Assembly (NCBI GenBank): GCA_040260805.1
Contig: JBDQPD010000066.1
Coordinates: forward strand, 1-18,061
DNA from: Myxococcota bacterium
GTDB taxonomy: Bacteria; Myxococcota; UBA4151
Reading direction: 5' to 3'
Length of the DNA: 18,061 nucleotides
Shown here: positions 15,954 through 18,061 of the stretch, one piece after another
Position numbering within the stretch: the first letter of the stretch is position 1
Layout of the letters: each line of letters opens with the position of its first letter
The notes under the pieces: generated by a model
The model's input: the letters and a program-made list of their open reading frames with translations, nothing else
Told to the model about the DNA's origin: nothing
Databases searched by the model: none
Translations under genes and position numbers: made by a program

Positions 15954-16503
15954 ATTCCATGGCTTGGAGCCGCTTGACGGCTCGCATGACGCTTGGGTCA
16001 CTCTCGACGGCGTTGATGTGTTCGAAGGCGACATAAGCTAGATCCAGCACTTCATCGCCTGCGCTGGCTCGGTCGGTGCGGCAGCGAAAGAGGAAGCGGA
16101 CATCAAAGTGTTCGTGTTCGGGTTCGGCTTTGCGCGCTGGAATACGGTGGATGTCCAAGTCAAAGGGCTCGGACGAGAGCAGCTCGAGGTCGCTCGCCTT
16201 GAGTGAGCATTCCTCCATGGCTTCTCGAGTCGCCGCTGCCAGCAAGCTCTCGTCGGCCAGCTCCACGTGGCCGCCCGGTTGCAGCCACCGATGCAGCTTC
16301 GCGTGATGGATCAGCAGGAGCGATTCGTAGTTTGCTGACAAGATAAACGCTGACGCGGTGAAGTGCCCTGGCTCAAACTGATGCCTCGAGAAGGGAGCCT
16401 TGGTCGCGCAAAGGCTGAGCATGCGATCCTTGAAGCTACGCTCGGTCTGGGACGCGGGCTCAAAGTCGAGCAGCGAAGCTTTGACGAGCTCAGCGCTTGG
16501 CAT
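15937..16503 (-). CDS. NUDIX hydrolase
   Basis: GHFTASAFI..LLIHHAKLHRWLQPGGHVE...AATREAMEECSL (Nudix box), DLDIHRIPA and HEHFDVRF. The likely start is ATG 16503, overlapping the ggt 3' end by 14 nt; the track extension to 16662 lies inside ggt. The 3' end overlaps coaBC tail-to-tail by 17 nt. Confidence 0.9.
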   Translation of the reverse strand: MPSAELVKASLLDFEPASQTERSFKDRMLSLCATKAPFSRHQFEPGHFTASAFILSANYESLLLIHHAKLHRWLQPGGHVELADESLLAAATREAMEECSLKASDLELLSSEPFDLDIHRIPARKAEPEHEHFDVRFLFRCRTDRASAGDEVLDLAYVAFEHINAVESDPSVMRAVKRLQAMEFNATP

Positions 16504-18061
16504 CGGCTTCCGGAGGGGGGGCAACGAGCGCTCCTGCGTGCCCTTCGCCGCGCGGGTCGGCTGCGGCCTCAAGCATGCCGTCTTTACCCACCAAGACGCC
16601 GTGCGCGTTGCCCATACTCCGGCGGGCTTTGACGCAATGACCTCTGCCCTTGAGCGCCCCAACCAAGCTTCCGAGTTGGGCTTTCCGGTCTACAAAAACG
16701 CAGTCGGGCATCCATTGATGATGGACTCGAGGCTGAGCGATCGCCTGGGCGAGCGGCATGTTGCGGTCGAGGACATGCAGAATGATCTGAAGCACGGTGG
16801 TGATGATCGTCGAGCCACCCGGGCTGCCCACCGCGAGCTTGAGGCGGCCGATTTCATCGAGAACGAGGGTAGGCGTCATCGATGACAAAGGTGTTTTACC
16901 GCCAGCGATCGAGTTGGCTTCACCGCCGACCAGCCCATAAGCGTTCGGCTTGCCGGGCGCCGATGAGAAGTCATCCATCTCGTCATTGAGCAAGACACCG
17001 GTGCCAGGAGCCATCACCGCTGCGCCAAACCCGTAGTTGATCGTAAAGGTCATGGCGACGGCGTTACCCAGTCGGTCGACCACCGTCAGATGGGTCGTTG
17101 ATTCACTCTCCTTGGACGATGCGCCTTGCGCCGGCTGAGCGCCTGAGGGTTGAGGATTGTCCAGCTCGTTCGAAGGCGTCGCTTTCGGGCTGATCGAAGC
17201 CCACAGCGCATCCAAATGCTCCTTAGCGAGCAAGCCGGCTGTAGGCACCGGATAGAAATCAGGGTCTCCAAGGTGGCGCGCACGGTCTTGGTAAGCTCGG
17301 CGCATCACCTCGACGCGCTGATGAGCAAAGTCGGCGTTGAGCGGATCGCTAGGCACCTTGATTCGCTCGATCAGTTGCAACATCTGGGCGAGGTGAACTC
17401 CGCCTGAACTCGGCGGCGGGAAGGACACGATCTGATGGCCACGATACGAGCTGGTGATCGGTGTGCGCCAATGCACTTTGTAGGCCGCTAGATCGGCTTG
17501 CGTGAGTATTCCGCCGCCCGCATCTGTGGCGGTAGCGATACGCTCAGCGGTCACGCCTGAGCGCCAATCCAAGGCGCCGACCTCAGCGAAGCGACCGAGT
17601 GTTTCAGCCAGATCCGGCTGAACCAGGGTAGCCCCAACCTTAAGCGGAGTCCCTGCGGGCAGGAAGAGGCGACTCGCTTCCGGGTCGTTTGCGAGCGCCT
17701 GACGCCGAGAGGTGATGCGCTGATTCAGCAGCGGCGTCACCGTGAACCCTTCAGCCGCGAGTTTAATCGCTGGGCGGACAAGCGTAGCCCACGGGATGGT
17801 TCCGCCACCATGGAGTTTGAGCTGATAAAGCGCCTCTAGACCCGATGCCGTTCCAGGGACCGCCACCGCAAGCCAACCATCGAGCGAGGCGCGCGGCTTG
17901 AGCTTGCCTTTCTCGTCGAGGTAGAGCTCGCGATGCGCAGCGCTCGGTGCGCGCTCTCGAAAGTCCAGTGCGTATTGTTTTTGCGCGGCTGCGTGGTGGA
18001 CCATGGCGAAGCCGCCTCCTCCCAGCCCGGCGCTGTAGGGCTCGGTCACGCCCAGCACCAA
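16490..18061 (-). CDS. ggt: Gamma-glutamyltransferase, 5' end outside the window
   Basis: EPYSAGLGGGGF, LDFRERAP, VAVPGT, PPPSSGG, autoprocessing site with nucleophilic Thr TTHLTVVD, LNDEMDDFS, PLSSMTPT, GSPGGSTI, PRVHHQW and AADPRGEG. Confidence 0.97.
   Translation of the reverse strand: MVLGVTEPYSAGLGGGGFAMVHHAAAQKQYALDFRERAPSAAHRELYLDEKGKLKPRASLDGWLAVAVPGTASGLEALYQLKLHGGGTIPWATLVRPAIKLAAEGFTVTPLLNQRITSRRQALANDPEASRLFLPAGTPLKVGATLVQPDLAETLGRFAEVGALDWRSGVTAERIATATDAGGGILTQADLAAYKVHWRTPITSSYRGHQIVSFPPPSSGGVHLAQMLQLIERIKVPSDPLNADFAHQRVEVMRRAYQDRARHLGDPDFYPVPTAGLLAKEHLDALWASISPKATPSNELDNPQPSGAQPAQGASSKESESTTHLTVVDRLGNAVAMTFTINYGFGAAVMAPGTGVLLNDEMDDFSSAPGKPNAYGLVGGEANSIAGGKTPLSSMTPTLVLDEIGRLKLAVGSPGGSTIITTVLQIILHVLDRNMPLAQAIAQPRVHHQWMPDCVFVDRKAQLGSLVGALKGRGHCVKARRSMGNAHGVLVGKDGMLEAAADPRGEGHAGALVAPPPEADAKR

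Noticed and set aside
15937..16503. NUDIX enzyme as a CoA pyrophosphatase because it abuts coaBC
   Set aside because: It lacks the LLTxR...FPGG motif of CoA-Nudix enzymes and is convergent with coaBC, coupled instead to ggt. The substrate cannot be assigned.
16515..16521. G7 run near the ggt 3' end as a phase-variation tract
   Set aside because: It is short and lies in the last ~10 codons of a housekeeping enzyme, where a frameshift would have little effect.
1024..17407. Numerous short overlapping or antisense ORFs in the track (e.g. 8356..9045, 13618..14157, 7168..7647, 16400..16885)
   Set aside because: All overlap well-supported genes and have the Arg/Ser/Pro-rich composition typical of off-frame translations in GC-rich DNA.

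Overview
GC-rich (roughly 58-60% by eye) bacterial chromosomal window. The lipoprotein and fibre styles suggest Myxococcota or another deltaproteobacterial lineage, which is an inference. Left to right: a 3'-truncated lipoprotein ORF missed by the ORF track (minus, coupled to the dnaK stop); a stand-alone dnaK (minus); a divergent Crp/Fnr regulator-hflK-hflC operon (plus); then a long minus-strand run, in transcription order: GldA-like ABC ATPase, fused GldF/GldG-like permease, DUF4340-like protein, NPEPL1-like M17 aminopeptidase, a 117-aa lipoprotein and a 904-aa secreted repetitive fibre protein. A divergent archaeal-type coaBC (plus) converges on a NUDIX hydrolase and a 5'-truncated ggt (minus). 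No RNA genes, CRISPR arrays or mobile elements were seen. The best candidate for an undescribed system is the two-gene lipoprotein + phage-tail-fibre-like protein module (5510-8588). The fibre has Cys-knuckle repeats, 10-aa repeats and a beta-helix tip. The lipoprotein gene has a C9 tract that looks like a phase-variation switch and a leader hairpin that occludes its SD. Also notable is a dnaK terminator that doubles as the coding sequence of a lipoprotein signal peptide.
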